64,000 nucleotides of DNA from Eledone cirrhosa (GCA_964016885.1 OZ024755.1:19530001-19594000), one strand, 5' to 3'. Positions 1-12,771 are shown, counted from the stretch's first letter. Notes: generated by a model from the sequence alone, not told the origin. Program-made: numbers and translations.

Positions 1-44
1 TTAAATTAAGGGTGTCATGTCCGAGAGACATATATATTTATTTT

Positions 45-83
<39 letters not shown>

Positions 84-447
84 CATATATATATACATAT
101 ATATATACATATATATATATACCAATATCCGTAGGTGTGAAAAGAAAAAAGGAAAACCTTGATATATATATATACATACATATATATATGTGTATATATA
201 TATATATATATAGAGAGAGAGGTAGAGAGAGAAAGAGAGAGAGAGCAAACGAGAAAGAGAGAGAGCCATGTTTGATGTATTTCACAAAAATACTACCTCA
301 ACACACCTGATTCGATGACATATAAAAGGTGACATAACTAAATGATATCATTCATTACTGATGCTAGCGAAATATTAAAGTGCTTTCGTTTCATCATCTA
401 ATTGGAGATTCCTTCGCTACAAATAAAGAATTCCTTACCAATTTACG

Positions 448-3400
448 GAAGCAAAACCTACCTATTAAAAAAACCCCAATATTTATAGAGAAATTTCAGG
501 GATTTAAAATTCAGCAATCACCCCCATTTCCAGAAGCAAACCCTACCTATTAAAAAAATACCAATATTTATAGAGAAATTTCAGGGATTTAAAATTCAGC
601 AATCACCCCCATTTCCAGAAGCAAACCCTACCTATTAAAAAAATACCAATATTTATAGAGAAATTTCAGGGATTTAAAATTCAGCAATCACTCCCATTTC
701 CAGAAGCAAACCCTACCTATTAAAAATAAACCAATATTTATAGAGAAGTTTCAGGGATTAAAATTCAGCAATCACCCCCATTTCCAGAAGCAAACCCTAC
801 CTATTAAAAAAAACCCCAGTATTTATAGAGAAATTTCAGGGATTTAAAATTCAGCAATCACCCCCATTTCCAGAAGCAAACCCTACCTATTAAAAAAAAC
901 CCAATATTTATAGAGAAATTTCAGGGATTTAAAATTCAGCAATCACCCCCATTTCCAGAAGCAAACCCTACCTATTAAAAAAAACCCAGTATTTATAGAG
1001 AAATTTCAGGGATTTAAAATTCAGCAATCACCCCCATTTCCAGAAGCAAACCCTACCTATTTAAAAAAACCCAATATTTATAGAGAAATTTCAGGGATTA
1101 AAATTCAGCAATCACCCCCATTTCCAGACAAACCCTACCTATTAAAAAAATACCAATATTTATAGAGAAATTTCAGGGATTTAAAATTCAGCAATCACCC
1201 CCATTTCCAGAAGCAAACCCTACCTATTAAAAAAATACCAATATTTAAAGAGAAATTTCAGGGATTTAAAATTCAGCAATCACTCCCATTTCCAGAAGCA
1301 AACCCTACCTATTAAAAATAAACCAATATTTATAGAGAAGTTTCAGGGATTAAAATTCAGCAATCACCCCCATTTCCAGAAGCAAACCCTACCTATTAAA
1401 AAAAACCCCAGTATTTATAGAGAAATTTCAGGGATTTAAAATTCAGCAATCACCCCCATTTCCAGAAGCAAACCCTACCTATTAAAAAAAACCCAATATT
1501 TATAGAGAAATTTCAGGGATTTAAAATTCAGCAATCACCCCCATTTCCAGAAGCAAACCCTACCTATTAAAAAAAACCCAGTATTTATAGAGAAATTTCA
1601 GGGATTTAAAATTCAGCAATCACCCCCATTTCCAGAAGCAAACCCTACCTATTTAAAAAAACCCAATATTTATAGAGAAATTTCAGGGATTAAAATTCAG
1701 CAATCACCCACATTTCCAGACAAACCCTACCTATTAAAAAAATACCAATATTTATAGAGAAATTTCAGGGATTTAAAATTCAGCAATCACCCCCATTTCC
1801 AGAAGCAAACCCTACCTATTAAAAAAATACCAATATTTAAAGAGAAATTTCAGGGATTTAAAATTCAGCAATCACCCCCATTTCCAGAAGCAAACCCTAC
1901 CTATTAAAAAAATACCAATATTTAAAGAGAAATTTCAGGGATTTAAAATTCAGCAATCACCCCCATTTCCAGAAGCAAACCCTACCTATTAAAAAAAACC
2001 CAGTATTTATAGAGAAATTTCAGGGATTTAAAATTCAGCAATCACCCCCATTTCCAGAAGCAAACCCTACCTATTTAAAAAAACCCAATATTTATAGAGA
2101 AATTTCAGGGATTTAAAATTCAGCAATCACCCCCATTTCCAGAAGCAAACCCTACCTATTAAAAAAATACCAATATTTAAAGAGAAATTTCAGGGATTTA
2201 AAATTCAGCAATCACCCCCATTTCCAGAAGCAAACCCTACCTATTAAAAAAATACCAATATTTAAAGAGAAATTTCAGGGATTTAAAATTCAGCAATCAC
2301 CCCCATTTCCAGAAGCAAACCCTACCTATTAAAAAAAAAAACAATATTTATAGAGAAATTTCAGGGATTAAAATTCAGCAATCACCCCCATTTCCAGAAG
2401 CAAACCCTACCTATTAAAAAAAACCCACAATATTTATAGAGAAATTTCAGGGATTAAAATTCAGCTATCATCCCCATTTCCAGAAGCAAAACCTACCTAT
2501 TAAAAAAAACCCAAATATTTATAGAGAAATTTCAGGGATTAAAATTCAGCAATCACTCCCATTTCCAGAAGCAAACCCTACCTATTAAAAATAAACCCAA
2601 TATTTATAGAGAAATTTCAGGGATTTAAAATTCAGCAATCACCCCCATTTCCAGAAGCAAACCCTACCTATTAAAAAAAACCCAGTATTTATAGAGAAAT
2701 TTCAGGGATTTAAAATTCAGCAATCACCCCCATTTCCAGAAGCAAACCCTACCTATTTAAAAAAACCCAATATTTATAGAGAAATTTCAGGGATTAAAAT
2801 TCAGCAATCACCCACATTTCCAGACAAACCCTACCTATTAAAAAAATACCAATATTTATAGAGAAATTTCAGGGATTTAAAATTCAGCAATCACCCCCAT
2901 TTCCAGAAGCAAACCCTACCTATTAAAAAAATACCAATATTTAAAGAGAAATTTCAGGGATTTAAAATTCAGCAATCACCCCCATTTCCAGAAGCAAACC
3001 CTACCTATTAAAAAAATACCAATATTTAAAGAGAAATTTCAGGGATTTAAAATTCAGCAATCACCCCCATTTCCAGAAGCAAACCCTACCTATTAAAAAA
3101 AACCCAGTATTTATAGAGAAATTTCAGGGATTTAAAATTCAGCAATCACCCCCATTTCCAGAAGCAAACCCTACCTATTTAAAAAAACCCAATATTTATA
3201 GAGAAATTTCAGGGATTTAAAATTCAGCAATCACCCCCATTTCCAGAAGCAAACCCTACCTATTAAAAAAATACCAATATTTAAAGAGAAATTTCAGGGA
3301 TTTAAAATTCAGCAATCACCCCCATTTCCAGAAGCAAACCCTACCTATTAAAAAAATACCAATATTTAAAGAGAAATTTCAGGGATTTAAAATTCAGCAA

Positions 3401-4180
3401 TCACCCCCATTTCCAGAAGCAAACCCTACCTATTAAAAAAAAAAACAATATTTATAGAGAAATTTCAGGGATTAAAATTCAGCAATCACCCCCATTTCCA
3501 GAAGCAAACCCTACCTATTAAAAAAAACCCACAATATTTATAGAGAAATTTCAGGGATTAAAATTCAGCTATCATCCCCATTTCCAGAAGCAAAACCTAC
3601 CTATTAAAAAAAACCCAAATATTTATAGAGAAATTTCAGGGATTAAAATTCAGCAATCACTCCCATTTCCAGAAGCAAACCCTACCTATTAAAAATAAAC
3701 CAATATTTATAGAGAAGTTTCAGGGATTAAAATTCAGCAATCACCCCCATTTCCAGAAGCAAACCCTACCTATTAAAAAAACCCCCAGTATTTATAGAGA
3801 AATTTCAGGGGTTTAAAATTCAGCAATCACCCCCATTTCCAGAAGCAAACCCTACCTATTAAAAATAAACCAATATTTATAGAGAAATTTCAGGGATTAA
3901 AATTCAGCAATCACCCCCATTTCCAGAAGCAAACCCTACCTATTAAAAAAAACCCCAATATTTGTAGAGAAATTTCAGGGATTAAAATTCAGCAATCACC
4001 CCCATTTCCAGACAAACCCTACCTATTAAAAATTAACCAATATTTATAGAGAAATTTCAGGGATTAAAATTCCGCAATCACCCCCATTTCCAGAAGCAAA
4101 CCCTACCTATTAAAAATAAACAATATTTATAGAGAAATTTCAGGGATTAAATTTCAGGGATTAATCACCCCCATTTCCAT
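448..4180. repeat. Satellite array, ~85-bp unit, ~44 copies
   Basis: ATTTATAGAGAAATTTCAGGGATTTAAAATTCAGCAATCACCCCCATTTCCAGAAGCAAACCCTACCTATTAAAA recurs at 481, 566, 651 and onward. Confidence 0.97.
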
Positions 4181-4710
4181 TTAGGTAAAATCTAAAAATT
4201 ATATCAAAAAGAATTGAAAATATTGTGGACGAATTTTTCTATGATGACAGAATTTCCAGGGTGAAAAAATACAAAGAAAGGTTCTATAGTATTCTTTATT
4301 CGTTAGCACACAGGTGAAGCAAGCCGGGTGATGATATTCTTTGCTGTGGAATTGTAATTAAGTTGTCATGATAAACAGGTACCATATTTTGTAAATTTGG
4401 GTTCTGGAGTCTTACTTTCTCTCAAAAGAATTCGTTTAGCATTCTTCTTTTTTTCTATCTTTCTATCTTTGTCTCTTTTCTCTCACTTTCTTTCTTTTCC
4501 TTTTTTCTCTCTTTTTTTTTGAATATTTATGTATCTATTTATTTATTTATCTAAGCATCTATTAATAAATATTTTCAAATTTAGTTACTGTTTATTGTAA
4601 CAGTGCTACTACTATTAGTATTAGTATACTATTGCTACTGCTGCTAAGGGTGACACTAACTATGATATAGCTACTACTAGTACTACTATTATTACTAGTA
4701 CTATTATTAT

Positions 4711-4748
<38 letters not shown>

Positions 4749-4764
4749 TATTAGTAATATTACT

Positions 4765-4950
4765 GGTGGATTGACAGTATCAGTAGAGAGTCGGACGCCA
4801 TGCTTTCCAGCATAGTTACGTCCCTTTACAGTCTGAGTTCAAATCCCGCCGAGGTTAACTTTGCCTTTCATCCTTACGGGGTCGATAAAATAAAGTACCA
4901 GTAATGCACTGGGTGAATTGCTGGCCTTGTGCCAAAAGTAGAAACAATTA
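4765..4950 (+). mobile_element. SINE type B (tRNA-like head; GCCTTTCATCCTTACGGGGTCGATAAAATAAAGTACCAG body; ATT tail)
   Basis: A-box-like GGTGGATTGACAG, B-box GAGTTCAAATCC; about 20 homologous copies in the window. Confidence 0.9.
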
Positions 4951-5195
4951 CTATAACTGCTGCTGCTAAAGGTGAGACAAACTATGACACAGCTACCACC
5001 ACCACCACCACTGCTGCTACTGTCAATACTACTACTACTAGTACTACTACTAGTACTACTACTAAATATACCTTTCTAGTTATTGAGTGACGATGACAAC
5101 ATTAAATCATGTGAATCTGAGGAACAAAAAAACCAAGGAAAAGAATGGAAAAAAAGAGAAGAGAAAAAAATTAAATCTAATCAAAGTCTGTAAGG

Positions 5196-7650
5196 TTAGC
5201 TCTCTCTCTCTATATAGTGAAGCTAGCTCTCTCTCTATATAGTGAAGCTAGCTCTCTCTCTATATAGTAAAGCTAGCTCTCTCTCTATATAGTAAAGCTA
5301 GCTCTCTCTCTATATAGTGAAGCTAGCTCTCTCTCTATATAGTAAAGCTAGCTCTCTCTCTATATAGTAAAGCTAGCTCTCTCTCTATATAGTAAAGCTA
5401 GCTCTCTCTCTCTCTATAGTGAAGCTAGCTCTCTCTCTATATAGTAAAGCTAGCTCTCTCTCTATATAGTAAAGCTAGCTCTCTCTCTATATAGTAAAGC
5501 TAGCTCTCTCTCTATATAGTAAAGCTAGCTCTCTCTCTCTCTATAGTGAAGCTAGCTCTCTCTCTATATAGTAAAGCTAGCTCTCTCTCTATATAGTAAA
5601 GCTAGCTCTCTCTCTATATAGTAAAGCTAGCTCTCTCTCTCTCTATAGTGAAGCTAGCTCTCTCTCTATATAGTAAAGCTAGCTCTCTCTCTATATAGTA
5701 AAGCTAGCTCTCTCTCTATATAGTAAAGCTAGCTCTCTCTCTATATAGTAAAGCTAGCTCTCTCTCTCTATAGTAAAGCTAGCTCTCTCTATATATAGTA
5801 AAGCTAGCTCTCTCTCTATATAGTAAAGCTAGCTCTCTCTCTATATAGTAAAGCTAGCTCTCTCTCTATATAGTAAAGCTAGCTCTCTCTCTATATAGTA
5901 AAGCTAGCTCTCTCTCTCTCTATAGTGAAGCTAGCTCTCTCTCTATATAGTAAAGCTAGCTCTCTCTCTATATAGTAAAGCTAGCTCTCTCTCTATATAG
6001 TAAAGCTAGCTCTCTCTCTATATAGTAAAGCTAGCTCTCTCTCTCTATAGTAAAGCTAGCTCTCTCTATATATAGTAAAGCTAGCTCTCTCTCTATATAG
6101 TAAAGCTAGCTCTCTCTCTCTCTATAGTGAAGCTAGCTCTCTCTCTATATAGTAAAGCTAGCTCTCTCTCTATATAGTAAAGCTAGCTCTCTCTCTATAT
6201 AGTAAAGCTAGCTCTCTCTCTATATAGTAAAGCTAGCTCTCTCTCTCTATAGTAAAGCTAGCTCTCTCTATATATAGTAAAGCTAGCTCTCTCTCTATAT
6301 AGTAAAGCTAGCTCTCTCTCTATATAGTAAAGCTAGCTCTCTCTCTATATAGTAAAGCTAGCTCTCTCTCTATATAGTAAAGCTAGCTCTCTCTCTCTCT
6401 ATAGTGAAGCTAGCTCTCTCTCTATATAGTAAAGCTAGCTCTCTCTCTATATAGTAAAGCTAGCTCTCTCTCTATATAGTAAAGCTAGCTCTCTCTCTCT
6501 CTATAGTGAAGCTAGCTCTCTCTCTATATAGTAAAGCTAGCTCTCTCTCTATATAGTAAAGCTAGCTCTCTCTCTATATAGTAAAGCTAGCTCTCTCTCT
6601 ATATAGTAAAGCTAGCTCTCTCTCTCTATAGTAAAGCTAGCTCTCTCTATATATAGTAAAGCTAGCTCTCTCTCTATATAGTAAAGCTAGCTCTCTCTCT
6701 ATATAGTAAAGCTAGCTCTCTCTCTATATAGTAAAGCTAGCTCTCTCTCTATATAGTAAAGCTAGCTCTCTCTCTCTCTATAGTGAAGCTAGCTCTCTCT
6801 CTATATAGTAAAGCTAGCTCTCTCTCTATATAGTAAAGCTAGCTCTCTCTCTATATAGTAAAGCTAGCTCTCTCTCTATATAGTAAAGCTAGCTCTCTCT
6901 CTCTATAGTGAAGCTAGCTCTCTCTCTATATAGTAAAGCTAGCTCTCTCTCTATATAGTAAAGCTAGCTCTCTCTCTATATAGTAAAGCTAGCTCTCTCT
7001 CTATATAGTAAAGCTAGCTCTCTCTCTATATAGTAAAGCTAGCTCTCTCTCTCTCTATAGTGAAGCTAGCTCTCTCTCTATATAGTAAAGCTAGCTCTCT
7101 CTCTATATAGTAAAGCTAGCTCTCTCTATATATAGTAAAGCTAGCTCTCTCTCTATATAGTAAAGCTAGCTCTCTCTCTATATAGTAAAGCTAGCTCTCT
7201 CTATATATAGTAAAGCTAGCTCTCTCTCTATATAGTAAAGCTAGCTCTCTCTCTATATAGTAAAGCTAGCTCTCTCTCTATATAGTAAAGCTAGCTCTCT
7301 CTCTATATAGTAAAGCTAGCTCTCTCTCTATATAGTAAAGCTAGCTCTCTCTCTATATAGTAAAGCTAGCTCTCTCTATATATAGGAAAGCTAGCTCTCT
7401 CTCTATATAGTAAAGCTAGCTCTCTCTCTATATAGTAAAGCTAGCTCTCTCTCTATATAGTAAAGCTAGCTCTCTCTATATATAGGAAAGCTAGCTCTCT
7501 CTCTATATAGTAAAGCTAGCTCTCTCTCTCTATAGTGAAGCTAGCTCTCTCTCTATATAGTAAAGCTAGCTCTCTCTCTATATAGTAAAGCTAGCTCTCT
7601 CTATATATAGGAAAGCTAGCTCTCTCTATATGTAGTAAAGCTTCATCTAT
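5196..7650. repeat. Minisatellite, ~25-bp unit GCTAGCTCTCTCTCTATATAGTAAA, ~95 copies
   Basis: Direct tandem repetition; degenerate remnants continue to ~8190. Confidence 0.97.
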
Positions 7651-7684
7651 ATACATAGTAAAGCGACTATATATATATATATAT

Positions 7685-7845
7685 TTCGATTCCTGGACCA
7701 GGCGATGCGTTATGTCCTTGAGCAAGACACTTTATTTCACGTTGCTCCTTCTACCTGGAGTTGCGACTGATAGATAGTATTAGCAATTGGAAAGACCAAT
7801 GGAAACATTGTTTCCTCGGTCCGATTGACGAAAGTCGATCGTTTA
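7685..7845 (+). mobile_element. SINE type C, 5'-truncated (CORE-like body, distinct tail)
   Basis: TCCTTGAGCAAGACACTTTATTTCAC body plus GCAATTGGAAAGACCAATGGAAACATTG tail; homologues at 51095-51310 and 63160-63345 (minus). Confidence 0.8.
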
Positions 7846-8009
7846 AAAAAAATATATATATATGTATATTAAAGCTATTATATATATAGAAAAGCTACTA
7901 TATATTACTATATATAATAAAACTAGTATATATATATATAGTAATGCTAGCTCTATATATGTTGTAAAGTTACTATATGAGCATGTAGGCGTTTTGATTT
8001 CTTTTACAT

Positions 8010-8065
<56 letters not shown>

Positions 8066-8078
8066 TATAGCTAGCTCT

Positions 8079-8145
<67 letters not shown>

Positions 8146-8291
8146 GTATAGCTAGCTCTCCCTCTATATATATTGTAAAGCTAGCTTTACATTGGAAATA
8201 AATGAACAAAATATATGTAGAAATGTATCAATAAGAGAGAGAGAGAGATAGAATGAGAAATACTCCTATTGTCATATCTATACTTTGACAG

Positions 8292-8351
8292 ATATGTGAG
8301 CTAAAGGTATTGAGTTCATTATATGGCTGCACATCTTATATAGCAGAAAAG
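8292..8351 (+). other. Candidate spliced exon (60 nt)
   Basis: tactttgacag acceptor and AAG|gtaagc donor; one open frame, ICELKVLSSLYGCTSYIAEK. Confidence 0.35.
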
Positions 8352-8447
8352 GTAAGCGTGTATGTGTAGATGTATGTGTGTATGTGTAGATGTATGTGTG
8401 TATGTGTAGATGTATGTGTGTGGGTGGAGGAGGGAATAGGTTCTATA

Positions 8448-8648
8448 ATAATTGTTTCTACTTTTGGCACAAGGCCAGCAATTACCCCAGTGCATTACTG
8501 GTACTTTATTTTAATCGACCCCCGGTAAGGATGAAAGGCAAAGTTAACCTCGGCGGGATTTGAACACAGAATGGCAAGGGCCGTAACTCTATGCGTCAAA
8601 GCATGGCGTCCGACCCTCTACCTACCAATACCGCCAATCCACCGCCCT
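8448..8648 (-). mobile_element. SINE type B
   Basis: Reverse-complement match to 4765-4950 and 11946-12135. Confidence 0.9.
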
Positions 8649-8855
8649 CATTTGTTCTATAATAATGACAACTGCACCCCCCACCCCCACCCCCCCCATA
8701 CACCTCCCCTTTCCAATAAATAAATAAATTTGATACATAAAAATATGTTTAGAATAAGTAAAAAAAAAGAAATATGAATCCTTGAAACTCATGTTACTGA
8801 CATGATCAATAATCATTCCCATGTCTCCTCTCCCTCTTTCTCTGTATATATATAT

Positions 8856-9195
8856 GGAGGCACATGGCTTAGTGGTAAGAGCATTGGCCTTGCAATCGAA
8901 AGGTTGTGAGTTCAATTCTCAGACCGGGTGATGTGTTGTTTCCTTGAGCAAGACACTTTATTTCACATTGCTCCAGTTTACTCAGCTGTAGAAATGAGAT
9001 GATAGGGACTGGGGTTCCTATCATTCCACTGCAAAGTGGTCGTGGAGGTGCCACGGCAAAAAAGCACCCAGCACTCACTGTAAATGAGGTTGGTGTTAGG
9101 AAGGGCATCCAGCTGTAGAAATCAAGCCAGAATCAGTTCCCGTCCCACCCTTGCAAGCAGGGAAAAGCGGACGTAAAATGAAATGATGATGATGA
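8856..9195 (+). mobile_element. SINE type A, full length (tRNA head, CORE-like domain, RTE-type tail, (GAT)n)
   Basis: A box TGGCTTAGTGG, B box GAGTTCAATTC, CCTTGAGCAAGACACTT core; tail CCCACCCTTGCAAGCAGGGAAAAGCGGACGTAAAATGA matches the RTE end at 18545-18600. Confidence 0.9.
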
Positions 9196-9202
9196 TATAT
9201 AT

Positions 9203-9584
9203 GCGATGACACACGACCGTGACCTCTGGCGTCACGCAGTAATACAGAGTACCCGACCTCCCATGGGTACAAGCTGAAGCATATAGACAATATGCCCCCA
9301 CACCCCCACTGCATGGTGATCGTGGAGGTGCCACGGCAAAAAAAGCACCCAGCCCACACTGTAAAGTGGACGTGTAGGCGCCACGGAAAAAAGCACCCAG
9401 CACTCACTGTAAATGAGGTTGGTGTTAGGAAGGGCATCCAGCTGTAGAAATCAAGCCAAATCAGTTCCTGTATGAGCAAGGCATGGTCAGCCGACCAGAC
9501 ACTGCCCACAACAGGACAACCCGTCTAACCCATGCTAGCGTGGAAGAACGGACGTAAAACGGTGATGATGATGATGATGATGAT
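9203..9584 (+). mobile_element. RTE LINE 3' end (family 3), heavily 5'-truncated
   Basis: Begins with codons for MTHDRDLWRHAVIQSTR (compare RTE C-termini MSLDRDLWRYVVIQKT and [12 protein letters not shown]); 3' UTR ends AACCCATGCTAGCGTGGAAGAACGGACGTAAAAC(GAT)n. Confidence 0.75.
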
Positions 9585-9603
9585 ATATATATGTATGTAT
9601 ATA

Positions 9604-9958
9604 TCATCATCATCATCATCATCAGGTTTAGCGTCCGTGTTCCACGCTCGCATGGGTCTGGACGGGGGCCCTCCCACTTGAGGCAAGAGTGGTTGTCTTG
9701 CTCGCATAGGACTGTCTGGCGGGTTTTCTACAGTTGGATGCCCTTCCTAACACCAACCACATTTACAGTGTGGGGCTGGGAGGTTTTTACCGTGTTGCCT
9801 ACACGGCCACATTTACAGCGTGGACTGTGTGTTTTTTTGTCGTGACACCTACACGATCTCATTTGTTTCGGCCTGGATGTTGTGGGACCAACATAACTGT
9901 ACATTGAAAGGGGCGGTGTGGATGGGGTGGAGGTGGTGGGACGGGGGGGGGGTGTTTT
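9604..9958 (-). mobile_element. RTE family 2 3'-UTR fragment
   Basis: Reverse complement of the 3' UTR at 25130-25478. Confidence 0.8.
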
Positions 9959-10060
9959 GATAGATATATATATATGTGTGTATATATATATATATATGTG
10001 TGTGTGTGTATGAATATATATATGTCTGTCTCTCTGTATGTATATATATATATATATATG

Positions 10061-10105
<45 letters not shown>

Positions 10106-10345
10106 GTGTGTGTGTGTGATTAAGTGATCAATACGTTAGTTAATGATGAAATAAATGAGGCAAATGTAAATATATACAAAAAAAACCTACTATTAAAAAT
10201 CCCAAATAAAACACATACACACACAAAAGAAATAATAATTCAAGCTGGTACATCATATATACATATATATGTGTATTATATATATATATGTGTGTGTGTA
10301 TGTGAGCGTATATATATATATGTGTGTGTGTATATATATATATAT

Positions 10346-10512
10346 AATTGTTTCTACTTTCGGCACAAGGCCAGCAATTATTCAAGTGTATTACTGGTAC
10401 TTTATTTTATCGACCCCGTAAGGATGAAAGGCAAAGTTAACCTCGGCGGGATTTGAACTCAAACCATAAAGGGCTGCAACTCTTTGCTGCAAAGCATGGC
10501 ATCCAACCCTAT
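10346..10512 (-). mobile_element. SINE type B, partial
   Basis: CCCCGTAAGGATGAAAGGCAAAGTTAACCTCGGCGGGATTTGAACTC. Confidence 0.85.
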
Positions 10513-10542
10513 ATATATAATGTGTGTATATATATATATATA

Positions 10543-10738
10543 TTAAAACCCTCATGCTTCCATAAATTTGCCAAAACTACACCTGATGTACCCGTTCCAT
10601 ACACGTGCACACAAGTATATCATGACTCATGCACTGTTCATTTTCCTGACGTTTGTACATTACCCTATGTACTATACATACACTTTTGATGAGTTGTAGT
10701 GCACCTGAGCACTGTACACAATATTTCATTATTATTAT
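10543..10738 (+). mobile_element. CR1/L2-type LINE 3' end, truncated
   Basis: Homologous to 35185-35385, including TTTGATGAGTTGTAGTGCACCTGAGCAC and an (ATT)n tail. Confidence 0.8.
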
Positions 10739-11177
10739 CATCATCATCATCATCAAGGTTTAACGTCCATCTTCCACGCTTGCATGGGTTTGAATGGGAG
10801 TTTTCCCACTTGAAGCAAGATTGGTTGTCTTGCTCGTATAGGACTGTCTGGCAGGGTTTTCTACGGCTGGATGCCCTTCCTAACACCAACCACGTTTACA
10901 GTGTGGAACTGGGAGGTTTTTACCGTGTTACCTACACGGCCACATTACAGCGTGGACTGTGTGTTTTTTTTCCGTGACACCTACACGACCTCATTTATTT
11001 TGTTGTGGTACCAACATAACTTTACATCGAAAGGGGTGGTGTGAATGGGGTGGGGGGTGGGGGGACGGGGGGTGTATTTTTGTTAGAGGTGCCTACTGAC
11101 TGTAGGTTTCACTTTGTACTTAGGCAAGGCGGGTCTTCTGTATTGCTGTGTAGCGCCAAAAATCTCGGTCCAGTGAC

Positions 11178-11180
<3 letters not shown>
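10739..11180 (-). mobile_element. RTE family 2 3' end (last codons plus 3' UTR)
   Basis: Reverse complement matches 25024-25470 (AATGTCACTGGACCGAGAT...CCTACAGTCAGTAGGCACCTC). Confidence 0.85.
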
Positions 11181-11220
<40 letters not shown>

Positions 11221-11221
<1 letters not shown>

Positions 11222-11356
11222 GTTCTATAAAGTGGGACACGGTCACCTCACCTAACTAACCTCAAATGGGACATTTTCCATGCTATCATGGGTTAGACGG
11301 GTTGTCCCATTTGAGGTAAGTTGGGTCAGGTGACAGTGTCCCACTCATATAGAACT
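11221..11356. mobile_element. Palindromic MITE-like element, ~53-bp inverted arms
   Basis: AGTTCTATAAAGTGGGACACGGTCACCT...CCTCAAATGGGACA versus TGTCCCATTTGAGGT...AGGTGACAGTGTCCCACTCATATAGAACT. Confidence 0.75.
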
Positions 11357-11423
11357 ATATATGTGTGTGTATATATATATATATATATATACACACACCT
11401 ATATATATATATATATACACACA

Positions 11424-11485
<62 letters not shown>

Positions 11486-11551
11486 GACATATATATACTT
11501 ACACACATATATATATATATACGCTCACACACACACATATATATATATATA

Positions 11552-11738
11552 TAATTGTTTCTACTTTAGGCACAAGGCCAGCAATTACCCAGTACATTAC
11601 TGGTACTTTATTTTATCGACCCCGAAAGGATGAAAGGCAAAGTTAACCTCGGCGGGATTTGAACTCAGATCGTAAAGGGACGTAACTCTATGCTTCAAAG
11701 CATGGCGTCCAACCCTCTACCGATACTGCCAATCCACC
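11552..11738 (-). mobile_element. SINE type B
   Basis: Near full-length match to the family. Confidence 0.9.
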
Positions 11739-11945
11739 AATACACACACATATATATATATATGTGTGTGTATTGGTGGATTGGCAGTATCGGTAGAGGG
11801 TCGGACGCCATATATATGTATATATAATGTACCAGCTTGAATTATTATTTCTTTTGTGTGTATGTGTTTTGTTTGGAATTTTTAATTGTAGTTTTTTTTG
11901 TATATATTTACATTTGCCTCATTTATTTCATTATTAACTAACGTA

Positions 11946-12135
11946 AGGGCGGTGGATTGGCAGTATCAGTGGAGGGTCGGACGCCATGCTTTCCAGCATA
12001 GTTACGTCCCTTTACGATCTGAGTTCAAATTCCGCCGAGGTTGACTTTGCCTTTCATCCTTACGGGGGTCGATAAAATAAAGTACCAGTAATGCACTGGG
12101 TTATTGCTGGCCTTGTGCCTAAAGTAGAAACAATT
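11946..12135 (+). mobile_element. SINE type B, full length, 16-bp target-site duplication
   Basis: ATTATTAACTAACGTA at 11930-11945 and 12133-12148. Confidence 0.93.
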
Positions 12136-12468
12136 ATTAACTAACGTATTGATCACTTAATCACATATTTCAAACACACACACAAACACACACACAAACA
12201 CACACACACACACACACACAAATATACATACATGCTTTCACAGTTTAATTCACAAACAGACACTCTTAATATAGGTATATAGGTAGACACAGATCTAATT
12301 CACCCACCGGCACTTATACACACATATATGCACACACATACTCAAATATACACCAACATACACACATACATTATACAGATAGACACCGAAAATAAATCTC
12401 CAGTTCTCTGTAGACAAGCACAGAAGATAGTTGAGAGAGAGGGATCAACATCATATAACTTAATGGAG

Positions 12469-12771
12469 AGGTGGTGGTGGTGGTGGTGATGGTGGTGGTA
12501 GTGGTGATGATGGTGGTGATGATGGTGGTGATGATGATGGTGGTGATGGTGGTGGTGGTGGTGATGATGGTGGTGGTGATGGTGGTGGTGGTGATGGTGG
12601 TGGTGATGATGGTGGTGGTGATGGTGGTGGTGATGATGGTGGTGATGGTGGTGGTGGTGATGATGATGGTGGTGGTGATGATGGTGGTGATGGTGGTGGT
12701 GATGATGGTGGTGATGGTGGTGATGATGGTGGTGGTGGTGGTGATGGTGGTGGTGGTGGTGGTGGTGGTGG
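12469..12771. repeat. (GGT/GAT)n compound trinucleotide repeat
   Basis: Direct inspection; similar tract at 54410-54900. Confidence 0.95.

Larger units (their letters stand above)
10115..12165. repeat. ~150-bp inverted repeat pair (10115-10268 and 11817-12165) enclosing nested TEs
   Basis: GAAATAAATGAGGCAAATGTAAATATATACAAAA...AATTCAAGCTGGTACAT versus its reverse complement; right arm interrupted by a SINE. Confidence 0.85.

Noticed and set aside
4185-4450. Protein-like short frames after the satellite (e.g. KRIENIVDEFFYDDRISRVKK)
   Set aside because: Stops follow the only good acceptor in all frames, and there is no recognisable homology.
8856-8930. tRNA gene
   Set aside because: A/B boxes are present, but the sequence runs into a SINE body and is dispersed in many diverged copies.
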